Shown here piece by piece: positions 38,399 to 50,113 of a stretch of DNA of 64,000 bases. This DNA is from Lobosporangium transversale (lineage: Eukaryota). A program made the position numbers and the translations under genes. The notes beneath the pieces were generated by a model. That model did no database searches. It saw nothing but the letters and a program-made list of their open reading frames with translations, and was not told where the DNA came from. The DNA lies in assembly GCF_002105155.1 (NCBI RefSeq), contig NW_019028979.1, positions 1,364,001 through 1,428,000 of the forward strand, written 5' to 3'. The stretch's first letter is position 1. Every line of letters begins with the position of its first letter.

Positions 38399-40015
38399 AT
38401 GACAGAACCAACACCCACAGTCAAGGCTCGAGCAATTGACTTGCCGGAAATCCTTTTAAGATATCATGCTTTCTCAGCCCATCAGATCTCCTCGCCTGCT
38501 CCGCCGTATGTAAATCATTTCGTGCCGCGTTCGCACCCCTTGTTTGGAAAGACCTTCACTTTGAGGCGCCTTACCCGGTTAACAACAACCAAGCACCCTA
38601 TGCACGACGTATCAATTTCCAAAATAAAACATTCGGACAACCTGCCCATAACCCTGGGGACCATTTGAAGGAGCTACTGAAGGATCAGGACAAAGATTAC
38701 GCTATGATACTCGATGCAATTCAAGAAAAGGCTCATTGGATAAGATCCTTGTCCATTCATAGACATGATTCTGAACTGCCGCTCAAAGTTGGCAGCATCT
38801 GTAGAGAACTAGAATCTATCACTTTGGAGGGTCTGTCTTTGGTTCACCCCAAGCATACAAAGGAGTATGGGTTGCCTGTCAAACGATGATGACACGAAAT
38901 CGAGCGCACCTGAAATCGCTTACTCTCTTAAGATGGAAACTCCAAGGTCATAAACCATTGCGTGGTGAAAGCGCATGGAATCCCATTCTCAGGTGTGGTA
39001 ATGCTCAGAACCTACGATCTTTAAGTCTTACACAATGTGGCATCAGAGGGCGTCATATGGCGGTGTTTTGGACCATATGCCAGCGGTTGGAGACCTTGCA
39101 TTTGAATCATGTCTTCATGGACACAACCAAAGCTCTTGATGTCGACTCGAAGCCTCACGATTCAATGCCGCCAATAGCCATGGCGCTTCGATTCCCGCGA
39201 CTCCGGGAATTGTCCCTTCGCAATATGATCTACCATCAAGAGCATGAACAATTGAATCTTATCTGCCACTGTTCACTCCTTCAAACCCTTACCTGGTGTA
39301 CAAGATCAAGATACGATTTGACTGACTTTACAAATCGATTCATGAGGCATACAGCTGGGTGGTTGATATTTTAACCTCATGTCCTACGCTTCGAAAACTC
39401 ACAGCCAAGTTGCTCCAGGCTCGAGACATTATCGATGCCAAACCATTTGTCTGCCTTCAATTACAGGAGCTCCAAGTCTTTATAGACCTGAGATTTCCTT
39501 ACCACCGATTTACCAAGGATGAGTTGCATCAATGTAGAGCGGTGTTCAAAAGATTGTCAATCTTTACAAATCTTCGTGAACTGGATTTGGTCTCTATTAA
39601 TGACCCCTCCCATCCTCGCCAAAATATGGTGGGGCTTCCATTGAGGGTAAGGGCTGGATTGAGTCATTTGAGTGGATTAAAGAAGTTGGAGGCTGTTTAC
39701 TTTAGCGGACGACAAAAAGTGCACAAGGAGGACTTGATCTGGATGATCGATCATTGGAAGAGCCTCAGGCGCCTGACTGGTACTTGGCAAGTCTTGTTTG
39801 GAAACAAGGACTTGGTTCGTGACGATTTTTTTCATGAAGGAAAATTACAACAGTGGCTGAAGGAGCATGGTATCCAAACTGATGGCTGCCGATATGAGTT
39901 TTATAATCCCGGAGACATGGGGATCGTGGACTGCTGTGGGAGCTCTGACGATGAGCAAGAGGACATTGATGGTGCACCTCCAAAGCCCAGATCGAAAAGC
40001 GAAGAGAAAGCTTGA
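38399..40015 (+). pseudogene. F-box/LRR pseudogene with frameshifts and an apparent internal deletion
   Basis: AIDLPEI start then frame switch near 38466. Overlapping ORFs 38665-38889, 38886-39374 and 39359-40015 in different frames closely parallel the 25489-27328 copy (WNPIL, IRGRHM, LPLRVRAGL); the middle LRR block appears missing. Confidence 0.7.
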
Positions 40016-40377
40016 ATAGATGGCTCAGAACAAAACGGAATGATATATACTTTGAATTGTTTTAAAACTATGATACTTTGGAGACAAATCGCCTTTAGAC
40101 AACATCAACATTGTTCTTGAGCTTGCCAGTGAGCTTTGATGAGCTCAACCTTCACATAAAGACATCCCCTTCCAGGTACATCTGTTGGAACAATCGCACA
40201 CATTAACAAGCCAACCAAAGACATAAAAAAACAAAATGAGGGCGCACAGCCTGGATGATGTCAGTTGATTTTATTTTTAATACTATTACTATTACTATTA
40301 CGACGACTGCGGCAGGCAAACTCATACCGAATTTCAAGAGGTTTGATGTTACAAGCAAAAAAAAAAAAAAAAAAGGA

Positions 40378-41489
40378 TTATGCAGAAGCACGACTAGTGA
40401 GAAGACTATGGGCCTCCGCAAGCTTGGCCTCCAACTGGGCAATGCGGGCACTCTGGTCAGCCTCCTTGGAGAGATGACCATTTTTCTCAGTTTCAAGAAT
40501 AGCAACCTTCATAGTGAGACGATTGTTAGTTGCCTCTAGCTCTGCAACCTTGGCTTCAAGCGTCTCCAATCGAACCAGCTTCTTAAGGCGTGAGCGACGG
40601 GCAGCGTCCGTGTTTTTAGCACGCTTGGCAATGATCTCCTCATTCTCCTCTGGAGGAGATAATGCGCGCTTCTTAGAAGCAGCTGAGGCAGGCACAAACT
40701 TGACAGCACTTACAGGGACAGGAACAGAGGTGATACTCTGCTCAACAGGCTCGGACTTTGGGACTACTGCGGGGGTAGTGTTCAATGGGGCAGCGCTGGA
40801 CGAAGTGTTAAGGACAGTTGCAGCATTGGCCTGAGCAATTACGGCGAGCTCCAAATCACGGCTCCAAGGGATGTTGAGCGCTGCTGCAGCCTGCTGGAGT
40901 GCAGCACTGGTCAACAGCGACGATGGAGCGGTCACTGAGGGGACCTTGACCTGAGCGGGCGCTGTAGATAGAACAGGGGCGACAATAGAAGGAGCAGGCG
41001 TCGAAACGGGGGTCACCAAATCATTGTTGACACCAAGGGCCATGTCAAAGAGAGAAGGGCCCATGACAGTGCCAAATGAATCAAATCCCAAGTCAGGAGA
41101 ATCATCCAGAGCAGAGAAGGGACTCGAAGTCAAAGAGACATCATCACCAGACAACACGCCCAATTGGAAATCATTGGCCAGCCACTCATCAAATCCACAA
41201 CCATTGTTTGTGACAGTAGCGGTAGAAGCAGGAGTGGCAAAAACGTCGTTGGTATCGTTGTTGACTGCAGGAAGTGCAACCTTGCCAACTATGAAAAAGA
41301 GGAAAAAAAAAAAAAAAGAAAAAAAAAAAAAGTGTCAAAATAGGAAGAATTTGAAGTAAGACAATTTTACGAATTATGACATTATACAAGTTGCTTACAT
41401 TGAGCAAGGGCAGACTCCAAAGCGTCTGCAGACTTGGTGAGCTTGGGATCGGTCATATCAAACATTGTGAAGTCGAAAGAGATGGCCAT
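40378..41489 (-). CDS. Gcn4/Cpc1-type bZIP transcription factor; exons 41489-41399 and 41288-40378
   Basis: Basic region AKRAKNTDAARRSRLKK plus leucine zipper (cf. Gcn4 KRARNTEAARRSRARK); GTAAGC/TAG intron keeps frame; leader carries two uORFs. Confidence 0.85.
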
Positions 41490-41593
41490 TTTGGAGGATG
41501 TGATGGTAGGTGTTTAGTCGTATAAAAGAATGAATGGATAGATCTGAAAACGTAAAGACGTTACTCTTGCTCAAAGGTAGAGACGATAAGCTT

Positions 41594-41707
41594 TTAAGAG
41601 TGTAATAAAGAAAGTAAATAGGTTGAGGTAGCTACTACTACGATTGAGTTATTGATGTTGTTGATATTGTTATAGTTTAAGATGGGGAGGATAATTGAGG
41701 AAACCAT
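41594..41707 (-). promoter_or_regulatory. uORF2 (37 codons) in the bZIP leader
   Basis: cccaccATGGTTTCC...CACTCTTAA; ends 104 nt before the main ATG. The only other minus-strand ATG in 41490-42135 is uORF1. Confidence 0.75.
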
Positions 41708-41889
41708 GGTGGGCTAACTTGTTTTAAACCGTAAAGGTTATAAAAGAGATGATTCTAAAAGGGTTAAAAGAGGGGAGCTACAAGGGTCTTGGAGGGGTAT
41801 GCGCAAAGGCTATACTTGAAAAGGTTCTGGTTCTTAAAATTGGTTGTTCTGGTGCGATATGGGGGTGTACAAAGAAGTACGAAGCGTAT

Positions 41890-41907
41890 TTAAGCGGAGA
41901 AGGCCAT
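41890..41907 (-). promoter_or_regulatory. uORF1 (Met-Ala-Phe-Ser-Ala-stop) in the bZIP leader
   Basis: cccaagATGGCCTTCTCCGCTTAA on the minus strand, strong initiation context. Confidence 0.75.
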
Positions 41908-42979
41908 CTTGGGCAAGATTATGAACGGTATGTGTGAAATGTAAAGCAAAAGAAGGGGTTGGATAGTACGTCCAATAAAGAAATATAATAAAAAGAAAAA
42001 AAGCTTAAGTGGTTTGTTTGGAGAATTGGAATAGTATAAATGGGAAGGGGATAAGGTAAGGAAGAAGAAAAGAAAAGAGAAAAGAGAAAAAGAAAAAGAG
42101 AGGGAAGAGAAAAACAAAAATAATAAAAAAGAAAACATGGGACATGTTTCCTGTTCCTTAAGGGCTTTGTCTACGATTATTTTTTTTTAAAGTTTTTTGC
42201 TCGGGTCTATCTTTCCCGCATCTCTCAGGAACATGAATATAATTGCGCAGATATTGTTATTCGTACACAGGTGTTACGCCAACCACAACAAAGCAATGTA
42301 CGTGGGGGTCATTGAAATGCTTTCCAAAAGCAGCGTGCAAGTTTATCATTGTTCTTTTGACAGGCTTAATTTCGTTCTTCTCACGGAAAAAAAGGTCTCG
42401 GCCATTTTGGGTGAGAAAAATGTTAGCCCTTGATCTTGTCATGTGCAAAAATAAAGTAGCAATAAATTAATAATGCAACGTGGAATGCTGCTTTTCAAGG
42501 GTCACTCAAAGGCAATATTATAGATTTTATACATGTATCATGTGGCCAGTCCCTGCATTTCCAGGTTCATATTCATGAACAGTGTAGTGCACATGACCTT
42601 TACAGAAATTACAAATGAATAAATTTATTTGGTATCACGTGCACTGGCCATCGATTATATTGCACTACCACTTACGTATCATGCATTCAGCGTCCCAAAA
42701 AATGCACTGTATACCTAGGCTATTTTTATGAAGTTTTCTAGGTACTCAGGCACCTTTTTTTTCACCTTTAATGCTGATTGGCGCAAATGAGATCACGCCA
42801 TGCAAGAAAAGGTTGATTTGTAATGTCAGGAATGAATGAGGATGAAGCTGACAAAAGGAAAGGTGAGAACAATAAATTGAAGTCCATTTTGCTTCTCATT
42901 CTTTCATTCCTCTTTAACTAATCTATCTCACAAAACCACGTCATTATATCTATCTACCCGCTTTCATATTACTTAAATT

Positions 42980-43642
42980 ATGTCTTCCTCTAACAACACT
43001 GCTTCCTCTTCCACCAGCCAAGTTGCTGGCAAAAAACGCGCTCGTGAGGAATTGGAAAACGACAAGAGCGCAAGTCGCCAGACCTCACCTTCCCTAGAAG
43101 GTCCACCTGCTGCCCTAGCGTTCCACTATGTGCCATGGGAACGTCCCACCAAAAATATACACGAAATCCAGAAGCTCTTTCTTGAGGGTCCATTCTGTAC
43201 TTTCAGGGAGCGGGAAGACAGTGAGCTTTATCAGGATGGCGATGAAGGGAGTCCTCGCAAGATCCTCTTTCTAGAGGGAGTGCTAAAACGCGATTTGTCC
43301 AGCAAACCCGTGACGCGTGGCAAATTTGAGATTTTCGGGCTTCATGAACCATCGCTGATCAAGCAGCTGAAGCGTCGTGACCTCAGGCTGATCAAAAACA
43401 CGGAATTGCAACGGTTAGAAGCGTTAGCTAGGGCCTCGCAACGTGCACCGGCTGCTGTCGTTTCAGTTGCAACAGAGACTGACCGTCCAGAGTCGACGCT
43501 AGAGATGTCAGAACGACAGCTCCGAACGGTTCTCACTGAACTGGAATCAGTTAATGTGGACTCGCCTCGTAACAAGCTTTTGCAAGAAAAAGCAGCACTG
43601 TTGTTAGATGTGTATAGAACCTTTAAACCAGTTGCGGAATAA
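42980..43642 (+). CDS. Hypothetical 220-aa intronless protein carried by element 1 (left copy)
   Basis: Clean ATG-TAA ORF, NLS-like AGKKRARE, probable C-terminal helices; no family recognised. Confidence 0.65.
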   Translation: MSSSNNTASSSTSQVAGKKRAREELENDKSASRQTSPSLEGPPAALAFHYVPWERPTKNIHEIQKLFLEGPFCTFREREDSELYQDGDEGSPRKILFLEGVLKRDLSSKPVTRGKFEIFGLHEPSLIKQLKRRDLRLIKNTELQRLEALARASQRAPAAVVSVATETDRPESTLEMSERQLRTVLTELESVNVDSPRNKLLQEKAALLLDVYRTFKPVAE

Positions 43643-43730
43643 AGTGTTGTTTTCAAAAATATATATTATCATGAGTATAAAAAATTCGTACGGCGGTGCA
43701 CTTTGGAGAGTACATCAAAACCATAGCTTT

Positions 43731-46207
43731 TTATTTGCCCTTCTTCTTTTGGATAGACTTAAAGTACGCGTTTGAGGATCCAGCTTGCCTGATTGCAGTA
43801 TCCATTGTCGTTTTTGCCTTTATAACTCTGTCGTTCAGTGTTGGTCCTTCAGTCTTCAGGACCTCAGCCAGAGTAGCAAAGATAATTCTTCGCTTGAGCA
43901 TATACTGGTTCCTAAGATTAGGATTCCAGCCTTTGCGCCAGTCCTTTTGGAACCTATTCAAACTCCAAATCGATGGCTTTGCCCCCTGGGCCGTAAACCA
44001 TTCATCCCAAAGAGGAAAAAGAGGGGTGACCCTTGACAACATAGAGAAATTTGGGGCTGCAGCTCTGACCTGGTCAATTGGGAGCTGCAAGTAAGTCTCT
44101 GCAATCTTATCCGCTAAACATTCCAACTTCATTGTTTCCATGGCTTCATTTATCCCTCCATCTTCCTCTTGTTCCTGCACCTCGGGGTCTACTTGGTCTA
44201 GTTGCTCATTTTGGCCTGGTTGCTCGTCTTGGCCTGGTCGCTCATCCTGCTCTGGTTGCTGCTCCAAAGCATCCATCCCCCTTTGTTCAAATCCCCGCGG
44301 CTGCTCCTGGAGATGCTGCCTTGGAGGTATATGATGTATAAGGTCATTCAACTGTTGTTCTTGCTCTTTCGCTTGACGCTGCTCTTGTTGCGTCAGAATG
44401 CGATGCTCGTTCTCCATATCACTAGCTAAATGCCCAAAAGACCTGGCGGTTGTCTTCGTAAGGTTCGACATTACAGTTTGAAGCCCTTGTACGATGGTTA
44501 TCATCTCACGATGCATATGACTGCATGTTCTAGACCAGCCAGCATTACTATTCTCCGCTGTAGCTTGGAGTGCGCCCATAAAATCATCACGTACGTAATG
44601 ATCCAAAGATGACACGCTCGATTTGATGGCTTGAAGCTCTTGATGGATGACTGGAGCATTGAAACGGAGACTGTCGTTTGTTGGTGATTGTGTCTTCTGC
44701 ATGGCATCGTGAAGTCGCAAAGAAAACTCTTGGAACAGTTGCGACGAAAACACAGGGTTACTAGTGAAAACGTGGTGCTGGCTGTAGATACACAATGGAT
44801 CGCCATTGCACGCCATCAGAGCAACTGCATCTTGTAAAATAACCTTGCGCAAGTGGGCTAGGATAAGCATGATTCGCATGGCTGGAATGTACTCAGCTGG
44901 ATAAGGTACTGACTCATTGTCAGGACGATTCAGATCTTCGGGACGATCCATCATAACGTTCTCCATCCATCTGGCCCAATCGACATTGTCTGGAAACAGC
45001 TCCTCAATGAATGGAAAGATTTGCTTCTGTAATTCAACAGGCGGTATAACGGTGTTCCGCGGAAGCCAGAAATCCTCATTCTCGTGGAGAAATCCGGCCA
45101 TTTTAAATGGTACAGTCTGCGCTACCGGACTAAGGTAATGCGTTACCAAGCGGCGATGGTTCCAATTACCATGTTGGGCAATATCTTCGATGCTAGCCCC
45201 ATTGGCTTGCGCATGTTGCGCCCCAGCCTTACGGCCACTATGAGTAACCTTGGATGATGTGTAATGCGCTAGCTTCATCACCTCGCTTAGAGATCTGAGT
45301 ATGGCTATGCTATTGGTTAGGAAACAGAGTACAAAAACTTCATGTAATGGCGTATTTGCATTTCTGATAATTTCACTTGCCTGTAGAGAGTCGCAGCATC
45401 CATCGCTTTGTATTTGTCAGAGGCATGTACAAGGTACTGGGATTTCCAGTCATGCATGCGGAAATTTGGAGTAGATTCTTTCGTCTGTTGTGTAAGGTAA
45501 AGGGGTATTTTAATCATGGATGAATATTAATAGACAGCTTATATGCTGAGTTAATCTTCAACAGCAACCCATAGAAGCAGCCAATACGTACCATCCACTG
45601 CTCGAATAGATAAAAAGCGAGGCATCCAACAGGGCAAATCTCTACGTCCTTGTTACGAATAAATACAGAATGGAGCGTATGATCATTGTTCATTTTTCCT
45701 TGAGGGATTGCTATTACAATCCCAAGTGCGAACTGGTGTCCATTTCCAGCAGTCGCAAAGTGGTGGGGAAATAAGTGGCTCACTAAGGCATCTCGTATAC
45801 TTTGTCCCCGAGTGATCATAAAATGATTAAATGCAAAACACAGACGATTACGCGCGCCAACTAGCTTCTGTGTCCTGGAGACAGCACTCAGATGCTTATA
45901 GCTCCTGCTCCACGAGATCTTCATAAATTTCTTGAACATAGATAGAGGATATCCCGCACCAACTGTCAGTTGCAGAACGTCCTGGGACGACGTTCTTTTG
46001 TTCTGGTTCAAAAGTAACGTTCATAATCTGTTTCTAGCTCTGCTGATATAAAAAAAAAAAATAAATAAATAAAGAAAGAAGGCGTGAGACTGAGGCCATA
46101 GAGGGTCGGCGTACGGCTCTAAGCAAATGGGATACATAATGGGTCCTTTGCTCAGAAGCACTCCTCCTCTCTTAGAGGGTGTTGGTATTGCGTTTTATTG
46201 AATCCAT
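43731..46207 (-). CDS. Tyrosine recombinase (NDC10_II/Crypton-type) + GCR1_C, left copy; 5' end apparently disrupted
   Basis: Mirror of 46886-49362. Confidence 0.8.
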
Positions 46208-46885
46208 CTTTTTTTTTTTCTAAAGGGGTTACGGGGACAAGAGACAGGAACGCCGAGAAAGTAAATGAGTGAGTGGGAAGGAGAGCTTACTCGGTTTAGA
46301 AGGGTTTGGAAAGGTGTTGGGTGTAGCAATGAAGAAGGAAGAAAAGGAATGCATGAATGCATGAGACATTTTTTTTTTTTTTTTTTTTTTTCCCAGTATA
46401 GCCTGGGAGGTATTTGCAGAGGTTACAAGCAGGATTACAATTGGTGCGAAAACACAGTCACATATATACTTATTGAATACAAATTTTGTAATTTAAATTG
46501 TTAAGATTTCATTTTGTAATCCGATTACAGCAAACTACCGTTTATACTGAAACGGTAGTTTGCTGTAATCGGATTACAAAATGAAATCTTAACAATTTAA
46601 ATTACAAAATTTGTATTCAATAAGTATATATGTGACTGTGTTTTCGCACCAATTGTAATCCTGCTTGTAACCTCTGCAAATACCTCCCAGGCTATACTGG
46701 GAAAAAAAAAAAAAAAAAAAAAAATGTCTCATGCATTCATGCATTCCTTTTCTTCCTTCTTCATTGCTACACCCAACACCTTTCCAAACCCTTCTAAACC
46801 GAGTAAGCTCTCCTTCCCACTCACTCATTTACTTTCTCGGCGTTCCTGTCTCTTGTCCCCGTAACCCCTTTAGAAAAAAAAAAAG

Positions 46886-49362
46886 ATGGATTCAATAAAA
46901 CGCAATACCAACACCCTCTAAGAGAGGAGGAGTGCTTCTGAGCAAAGGACCCATTATGTATCCCATTTGCTTAGAGCCGTACGCCGACCCTCTATGGCCT
47001 CAGTCTCACGCCTTCTTTCTTTATTTATTTATTTTTTTTTTTTATATCAGCAGAGCTAGAAACAGATTATGAACGTTACTTTTGAACCAGAACAAAAGAA
47101 CGTCGTCCCAGGACGTTCTGCAACTGACAGTTGGTGCGGGATATCCTCTATCTATGTTCAAGAAATTTATGAAGATCTCGTGGAGCAGGAGCTATAAGCA
47201 TCTGAGTGCTGTCTCCAGGACACAGAAGCTAGTTGGCGCGCGTAATCGTCTGTGTTTTGCATTTAATCATTTTATGATCACTCGGGGACAAAGTATACGA
47301 GATGCCTTAGTGAGCCACTTATTTCCCCACCACTTTGCGACTGCTGGAAATGGACACCAGTTCGCACTTGGGATTGTAATAGCAATCCCTCAAGGAAAAA
47401 TGAACAATGATCATACGCTCCATTCTGTATTTATTCGTAACAAGGACGTAGAGATTTGCCCTGTTGGATGCCTCGCTTTTTATCTATTCGAGCAGTGGAT
47501 GGTACGTATTGGCTGCTTCTATGGGTTGCTGTTGAAGATTAACTCAGCATATAAGCTGTCTATTAATATTCATCCATGATTAAAATACCCCTTTACCTTA
47601 CACAACAGACGAAAGAATCTACTCCAAATTTCCGCATGCATGACTGGAAATCCCAGTACCTTGTACATGCCTCTGACAAATACAAAGCGATGGATGCTGC
47701 GACTCTCTACAGGCAAGTGAAATTATCAGAAATGCAAATACGCCATTACATGAAGTTTTTGTACTCTGTTTCCTAACCAATAGCATAGCCATACTCAGAT
47801 CTCTAAGCGAGGTGATGAAGCTAGCGCATTACACATCATCCAAGGTTACTCATAGTGGCCGTAAGGCTGGGGCGCAACATGCGCAAGCCAATGGGGCTAG
47901 CATCGAAGATATTGCCCAACATGGTAATTGGAACCATCGCCGCTTGGTAACGCATTACCTTAGTCCGGTAGCGCAGACTGTACCATTTAAAATGGCCGGA
48001 TTTCTCCACGAGAATGAGGATTTCTGGCTTCCGCGGAACACCGTTATACCGCCTGTTGAATTACAGAAGCAAATCTTTCCATTCATTGAGGAGCTGTTTC
48101 CAGACAATGTCGATTGGGCCAGATGGATGGAGAACGTTATGATGGATCGTCCCGAAGATCTGAATCGTCCTGACAATGAGTCAGTACCTTATCCAGCTGA
48201 GTACATTCCAGCCATGCGAATCATGCTTATCCTAGCCCACTTGCGCAAGGTTATTTTACAAGATGCAGTTGCTCTGATGGCGTGCAATGGCGATCCATTG
48301 TGTATCTACAGCCAGCACCACGTTTTCACTAGTAACCCTGTGTTTTCGTCGCAACTGTTCCAAGAGTTTTCTTTGCGACTTCACGATGCCATGCAGAAGA
48401 CACAATCACCAACAAACGACAGTCTCCGTTTCAATGCTCCAGTCATCCATCAAGAGCTTCAAGCCATCAAATCGAGCGTGTCATCTTTGGATCATTACGT
48501 ACGTGATGATTTTATGGGCGCACTCCAAGCTACAGCGGAGAATAGTAATGCTGGCTGGTCTAGAACATGCAGTCATATGCATCGTGAGATGATAACCATC
48601 GTACAAGGGCTTCAAACTGTAATGTCGAACCTTACGAAGACAACCGCCAGGTCTTTTGGGCATTTAGCTAGTGATATGGAGAACGAGCATCGCATTCTGA
48701 CGCAACAAGAGCAGCGTCAAGCGAAAGAGCAAGAACAACAGTTGAATGACCTTATACATCATATACCTCCAAGGCAGCATCTCCAGGAGCAGCCGCGGGG
48801 ATTTGAACAAAGGGGGATGGATGCTTTGGAGCAGCAACCAGAGCAGGATGAGCGACCAGGCCAAGACGAGCAACCAGGCCAAAATGAGCAACTAGACCAA
48901 GTAGACCCCGAGGTGCAGGAACAAGAGGAAGATGGAGGGATAAATGAAGCCATGGAAACAATGAAGTTGGAATGTTTAGCGGATAAGATTGCAGAGACTT
49001 ACTTGCAGCTCCCAATTGACCAGGTCAGAGCTGCAGCCCCAAATTTCTCTATGTTGTCAAGGGTCACCCCTCTTTTTCCTCTTTGGGATGAATGGTTTAC
49101 GGCCCAGGGGGCAAAGCCATCGATTTGGAGTTTGAATAGGTTCCAAAAGGACTGGCGCAAAGGCTGGAATCCTAATCTTAGGAACCAGTATATGCTCAAG
49201 CGAAGAATTATCTTTGCTACTCTGGCTGAGGTCCTGAAGACTGAAGGACCAACACTGAACGACAGAGTTATAAAGGCAAAAACGACAATGGATACTGCAA
49301 TCAGGCAAGCTGGATCCTCAAACGCGTACTTTAAGTCTATCCAAAAGAAGAAGGGCAAATAA
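46886..49362 (+). CDS. Tyrosine recombinase (NDC10_II/Crypton-type) + GCR1_C, right copy; catalytic exons about 47073-47501, 47609-47712, 47799-49362; 5' end has an in-frame TAA and a frameshift
   Basis: ITRGQSIR (Arg), GKMN (Lys), RNKDVEICPVGCLAFYL, THSGRK (HxxR), HGNW, THYL (Tyr); C-terminal LWDEWFTAQGAKPSIWSL...QYMLKRRII is GCR1_C-like. Confidence 0.8.
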
Positions 49363-49450
49363 AAAGCTATGGTTTTGATGTACTCTCCAAAGTGCACCGC
49401 CGTACGAATTTTTTATACTCATGATAATATATATTTTTGAAAACAACACT

Positions 49451-50113
49451 TTATTCCGCAACTGGTTTAAAGGTTCTATACACATCTAACAACAGTGCTG
49501 CTTTTTCTTGCAAAAGCTTGTTACGAGGCGAGTCCACATTAACTGATTCCAGTTCAGTGAGAACCGTTCGGAGCTGTCGTTCTGACATCTCTAGCGTCGA
49601 CTCTGGACGGTCAGTCTCTGTTGCAACTGAAACGACAGCAGCCGGTGCACGTTGCGAGGCCCTAGCTAACGCTTCTAACCGTTGCAATTCCGTGTTTTTG
49701 ATCAGCCTGAGGTCACGACGCTTCAGCTGCTTGATCAGCGATGGTTCATGAAGCCCGAAAATCTCAAATTTGCCACGCGTCACGGGTTTGCTGGACAAAT
49801 CGCGTTTTAGCACTCCCTCTAGAAAGAGGATCTTGCGAGGACTCCCTTCATCGCCATCCTGATAAAGCTCACTGTCTTCCCGCTCCCTGAAAGTACAGAA
49901 TGGACCCTCAAGAAAGAGCTTCTGGATTTCGTGTATATTTTTGGTGGGACGTTCCCATGGCACATAGTGGAACGCTAGGGCAGCAGGTGGACCTTCTAGG
50001 GAAGGTGAGGTCTGGCGACTTGCGCTCTTGTCGTTTTCCAATTCCTCACGAGCGCGTTTTTTGCCAGCAACTTGGCTGGTGGAAGAGGAAGCAGTGTTGT
50101 TAGAGGAAGACAT
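49451..50113 (-). CDS. Hypothetical 220-aa protein carried by element 1 (right copy)
   Basis: Identical translation to 42980-43642. Confidence 0.65.
   Translation of the reverse strand: MSSSNNTASSSTSQVAGKKRAREELENDKSASRQTSPSLEGPPAALAFHYVPWERPTKNIHEIQKLFLEGPFCTFREREDSELYQDGDEGSPRKILFLEGVLKRDLSSKPVTRGKFEIFGLHEPSLIKQLKRRDLRLIKNTELQRLEALARASQRAPAAVVSVATETDRPESTLEMSERQLRTVLTELESVNVDSPRNKLLQEKAALLLDVYRTFKPVAE

Larger units (their letters stand above)
42588..46549 (-). mobile_element. Crypton-like tyrosine-recombinase element 1, left copy
   Basis: Carries a YR/GCR1_C gene plus a convergent 220-aa ORF; inner end at the ATACTG hexamer; subterminal ATTACAAA(A)TGAA motifs at both ends in inverted orientation. 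Confidence 0.8.

Noticed and set aside
46394..46400. Internal CAGTATA copy (mirror 46693-46699) as an element end
   Set aside because: Lies inside the perfectly duplicated arm with no break in symmetry; may be chance or a secondary site.
46530..46565. Missed SMRTbell adapter or simple contig fold-back at the palindrome axis
   Set aside because: No adapter remnant, unique sequence continues on both outer sides, and the spacer matches the hexamer at the right junction. Judged less likely, not excluded without reads.
46265..46828. Mirrored 79-aa ORFs pointing at the axis
   Set aside because: They run through a 23-nt homopolymer, show no recognisable motif and lie antisense to the YR 5' region.
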